Shown here piece after piece: positions 61,304 to 64,000 of a stretch of 64,000 nt of DNA (its first letter is position 1; every line of letters starts with the position of its first letter). The notes beneath the pieces were generated by a model. It saw only the letters and a list, made by a program, of their open reading frames with translations. It was not told the DNA's origin and ran no database searches. Made by a program: the position numbers and the translations under genes. Origin of the DNA: an uncultured Thermodesulfobacteriota bacterium (GTDB lineage Bacteria > Desulfobacterota > GWC2-55-46 > JADFVP01); NCBI GenBank assembly GCA_964474975.1, contig CAYYUX010000002.1, positions 6,958 to 70,957 on the forward strand, written 5' to 3'.

Positions 61304-62596
61304 TTAAAAATCCGCCTGAAGTCTCATTCCGTAGACAAAGGCATCAGTCGTGCTTCTGTCGCCTCCACGATTGATAATATACTGAAGATCAGGGGCCATA
61401 TGCAAGCCCACACCCCCTCTGCCGCCAAGGAAAATATCGTAATATGCCTCGAGGTAATGCTCGTTACCTGCGTCAAAGCCCCCGGCGCTACTGCGCTTGA
61501 ACGCCTTATAATCCCTACCTATAAAGTTAAGTCCGTAGCCAAGGCCCATAGTATCATGAGCGCGCCTCAAAAACCATGCCGTAGAAGAAAGTCCTGCTCC
61601 GAGAAAAGCCTTCATCTGAGATACTGTCTCACGCTGTGCGCCCGCCCTCAGCCAGAGGCCGAGGTGCTTTGTTACATATTGGTCAAGGCTTATACCAAAA
61701 CCCTGATTCACCGTCTTTGTAAGATCGCTGTTTGTAGTATCGGCTAAGAACTCAAGGTTTGAGTTCGGCCTTGACTGCCTGTTCCAGTAATAGACCCTGT
61801 AATTGCCGTCCATGCCGTCAAGGGTCAGCTTGAAGTCCATCTCCGCCATTACAAAGGGGCTGTCAAAGGTCCTCGCGTAATCACCGTCACCCTCAAAGGC
61901 ACCTATAGTTATATCAAGTATCTTGGCCGGTGAAAAGGTTAACGTTAGGCCCGGCGAATAAAAATTATCAGAGCCCCCGAACTCTATGGAGGGGTTATTC
62001 ACAAAGAGATTGGCCAGAAACTGTGTCCTCTCGTCATTGGCAAAGTTATTGGCATCAAAATACCCCGTAATATCAAGCTGACCAACGGCAATGTCCAGCT
62101 TGTTACCGAAGAAATGGTGTTCATAATAGAGCTGTGTAACATTTACGCCAAGGTCGTTAAAAGATTCCACATCGGCGTTTATGCCCGTAGGGTTGCCGTT
62201 GGGAGCGGAGAGAAGGCCGAGTCCCTCTACGCCGAGTCCACGCTGGTAGTCAACGACGATTACGGCCCTGCCATTTTTCCCTATGGGTCCCTCAACGGCA
62301 AGGTCCCCGGAGATAGCCGCCTCGCTCCTCTTAAGGCCCTTCACATTGGCGACGCCCTGAGATGTAAAGGTAAGTCCGCCGGTTATCTCAATTCCGGACT
62401 TGCTGTGCACGGGATGGAGCCTGTGAGAGCGCTCACGGCTATTGGACCTATTCTTGTCCTTGTCCTCAAGGGTCTTTATCCTCCTTTCAAGCTCATTTAT
62501 CCTCTGCTCACCCTCCGAGGCGCCCGCCTGTGCCGGAAAGCAAAACATAAACAAAACCGCAAGGGCTATGGATAAACATACAATCCCTTTTCTCAT
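61304..62596 (-). CDS. outer-membrane porin (OprB-like, N-terminal coiled coil plus beta-barrel), with signal peptide
   Basis: The start is trimmed to MRKGIVCLSIALAVLFMFCFPAQAGA (ATG at 62596, AGGAG ribosome-binding site). A coiled-coil segment is followed by a beta-strand-rich domain ending in F. Confidence 0.65.
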   Translation of the reverse strand: MRKGIVCLSIALAVLFMFCFPAQAGASEGEQRINELERRIKTLEDKDKNRSNSRERSHRLHPVHSKSGIEITGGLTFTSQGVANVKGLKRSEAAISGDLAVEGPIGKNGRAVIVVDYQRGLGVEGLGLLSAPNGNPTGINADVESFNDLGVNVTQLYYEHHFFGNKLDIAVGQLDITGYFDANNFANDERTQFLANLFVNNPSIEFGGSDNFYSPGLTLTFSPAKILDITIGAFEGDGDYARTFDSPFVMAEMDFKLTLDGMDGNYRVYYWNRQSRPNSNLEFLADTTNSDLTKTVNQGFGISLDQYVTKHLGLWLRAGAQRETVSQMKAFLGAGLSSTAWFLRRAHDTMGLGYGLNFIGRDYKAFKRSSAGGFDAGNEHYLEAYYDIFLGGRGGVGLHMAPDLQYIINRGGDRSTTDAFVYGMRLQADF

Positions 62597-62954
62597 CACA
62601 TATCTCCTGAAAATAAAAATTAAAAAGCTTTCAGTGTTCATCATGAGGTGCGAAGGGTCCATGGCTGTGTTTATGAACAACCTTACCGTGCCAGTGCGCG
62701 TATTCGTGTATGAGGTTAACTCGTAAAAGAAGCCTTTCACCCGCAATAGCTCCATACCATCCGATGGGGCCGAGCCCTCTTGGAGCATATGCCGAAGGGA
62801 GTGAACTCCATAAGCGGTACGGCCTCTCCTAACGAAGCGTCACACACCTTATAACAATGACCTCTTCGACGGTATTTACCTTAAACTAAAGCACCGCTCA
62901 GAGAAAGATAGCCAAAAATAGAGGCCCTGCCCGCTGACTTTCCGAAAACCTGAT

Positions 62955-62990
62955 AAAAAAACCCCGCATCTCATGAGAAGAGATGCGGGG
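62955..62990 (-). terminator. intrinsic terminator. It is probably the expression-platform terminator of the cobalamin riboswitch
   Basis: CCCCGCATCTC-ttctcat-GAGATGCGGGG stem, followed on the minus strand by U7. Confidence 0.6.
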
Positions 62991-63059
62991 ATGCCGTTTT
63001 TCATCCGCAACAGTGCTTACCCCCATCACCACAAGGGAATAAGACAAAATCAAATATTA

Positions 63060-63222
63060 TATTGGCAGGTCTTCTGGCTTCCGGATCGTCCTACTCACCG
63101 CGCCTTCCCATCCTTACAGATAGTGGCGTTTTGCGGCTTTCGTACCCGGTTACAGCGGCGGGTCCGCGACGGATTTGCACCGTTCTTCCCTATTAAAGCC
63201 CTTGCGGGCGGCCAATAATTAA
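63060..63222 (-). ncRNA. cobalamin (B12) riboswitch
   Basis: Minus strand reads AGGGAAGAACGGTGCAAATCCGTCGCGGACCCGCCGCTGTAACC ... AGCCAGAAGACCTGCC. This matches the conserved core GGGAA..GGTG.AA.TCC...CCCGCC(A/G)CTGTAA and the B12 box. Confidence 0.75.
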
Positions 63223-63227
63223 AAACG

Positions 63228-63256
63228 AGTGTACAGTAGCCTTGCGTGCCTGTCAA
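63228..63256 (-). promoter_or_regulatory. candidate promoter driving the riboswitch and the porin/cbt/cbi genes
   Basis: Minus strand TTGACA (63256..63251), 17 nt, TACACT (63233..63228). Hand-scanned only. Confidence 0.3.
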
Positions 63257-63268
63257 GGCCTTAAGGCT

Positions 63269-63859
63269 TCAGACAAAAAACAAAAAAATCCCGGCTACGG
63301 CGATAGCCGCCCCTGAATAGCGAATAAGCCTCGCGTCGGCCTTCTTCTGCAGGAGTCCACCCGTTACAATACCGCTCAGATGAAGAAGGGCCGTAGAGAC
63401 CGCGAACCCTGCTCCATAGGCAAGCCCCGATAGGGCAAATGGCATCTCGGTACCGTGGGAATGTCCATGAAAGAGGGCGAACAACCCCACGATGGTCATG
63501 CCCGCCGCCAAAGGCAGACGCACAGCCGTCGCGATAAGAAGACCAAGGATTAGAACAGAAGTAAGTATACCGGCTTCGACAAAGGGTATGGAAACTCCGG
63601 AGATACCCAGAATATACCCTATTAGCATTATACCGACAAAAGTAGCCGGCACGGCACGGACGGCCTTACCGCCGGTCTGAGAGGCCCATATGCCAACGGC
63701 AACCATTGCCAGAATATGATCAATCCCGCTAAGGGGATGATTAAAGCCATTAAAGAACCCCGCCCCCCCTCCTATTCCGGAATGCGCATAGGCGGAGACA
63801 GGAAAAAGAAAAATTATGACCGGCAATGCCAGTAAGATATAAAATTTTATTGACTTCAT
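63269..63859 (-). CDS. hupE: HupE/UreJ-family Ni/Co transporter
   Basis: 196 aa. Signal peptide followed by HPLSGIDHILAMVAVGIWA. Six transmembrane helices. Confidence 0.85.
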   Translation of the reverse strand: MKSIKFYILLALPVIIFLFPVSAYAHSGIGGGAGFFNGFNHPLSGIDHILAMVAVGIWASQTGGKAVRAVPATFVGIMLIGYILGISGVSIPFVEAGILTSVLILGLLIATAVRLPLAAGMTIVGLFALFHGHSHGTEMPFALSGLAYGAGFAVSTALLHLSGIVTGGLLQKKADARLIRYSGAAIAVAGIFLFFV

Positions 63860-64000
63860 ATACCCCTCCTTCTGATTTTACCAGATATTTCAGTTTGCCT
63901 CATAAGAGCTCTCATCACTCCAGGACCATTGCATTATCCTCTTAAATAGCACTTTTTTTAATCTCCTGTCATTAAAATAAGACAAAAAAACACGACGCTC

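Noticed and set aside
63860-64000. Second riboswitch upstream of hupE
   Set aside because: No aptamer motifs are visible in the 140 nt available before the window ends. This cannot be assessed.

Overview
This 64 kb window reads as a bacterial chromosomal segment. About 85% of the genes lie on the minus strand. From left to right it holds:

- **Housekeeping start:** prs (5' partial), tRNA-Gln and ispE.
- **nuo operon:** a complete 14-subunit NADH:quinone oxidoreductase operon, nuoA to nuoN. It is of the '2M' type, with two tandem nuoM paralogues and an elongated NuoL. A stand-alone cyclic-nucleotide-binding-domain gene is inserted between nuoG and nuoH.
- **gatCAB cluster:** a carbon-nitrogen hydrolase gene, then gatC, gatA and gatB.
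- **Accessory stretch, about 24.9 to 32.7 kb:**
  - cytochrome c gene
  - GAF/HD-GYP gene
  - an AT-rich island with a GT-C (GT39-like) membrane glycosyltransferase, long non-coding flanks and decayed recombinase-like fragments, ending at tRNA-Asn
  - secreted thermonuclease gene
  - HAMP membrane protein gene
  - a CRP-type palindrome in a divergent promoter
  - an orphan AbrB/MazE-like gene
- **Core metabolism:** metF, purQ/S/C/B, comEA-cimA-lysC, lpd, tsaE, nnr, acpS, pdxJ, glmM, ybbR-cdaA (c-di-AMP), folP, ftsH, yihY and der.
- **Cobalt/cobalamin locus:** an anaerobic cbi cluster (cbiH, G, F, L, ET, D) with embedded creatininase-family and VanZ-like genes, a CbtB-like gene and a porin gene. 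A cobalamin riboswitch with its own terminator sits upstream, and a HupE/UreJ transporter gene lies beyond it.

Non-genic structure I could see:

- a dispersed ~40-bp repeat in three copies
- a 17-bp perfect palindrome upstream of the nuo promoter
- a G9...C8-bounded hairpin
- C-rich (G-rich on the transcript) short-repeat arrays in three intergenic regions

I saw no CRISPR array and no obvious defence system.

Coordinates I derived by hand may be off by 1-2 nt.
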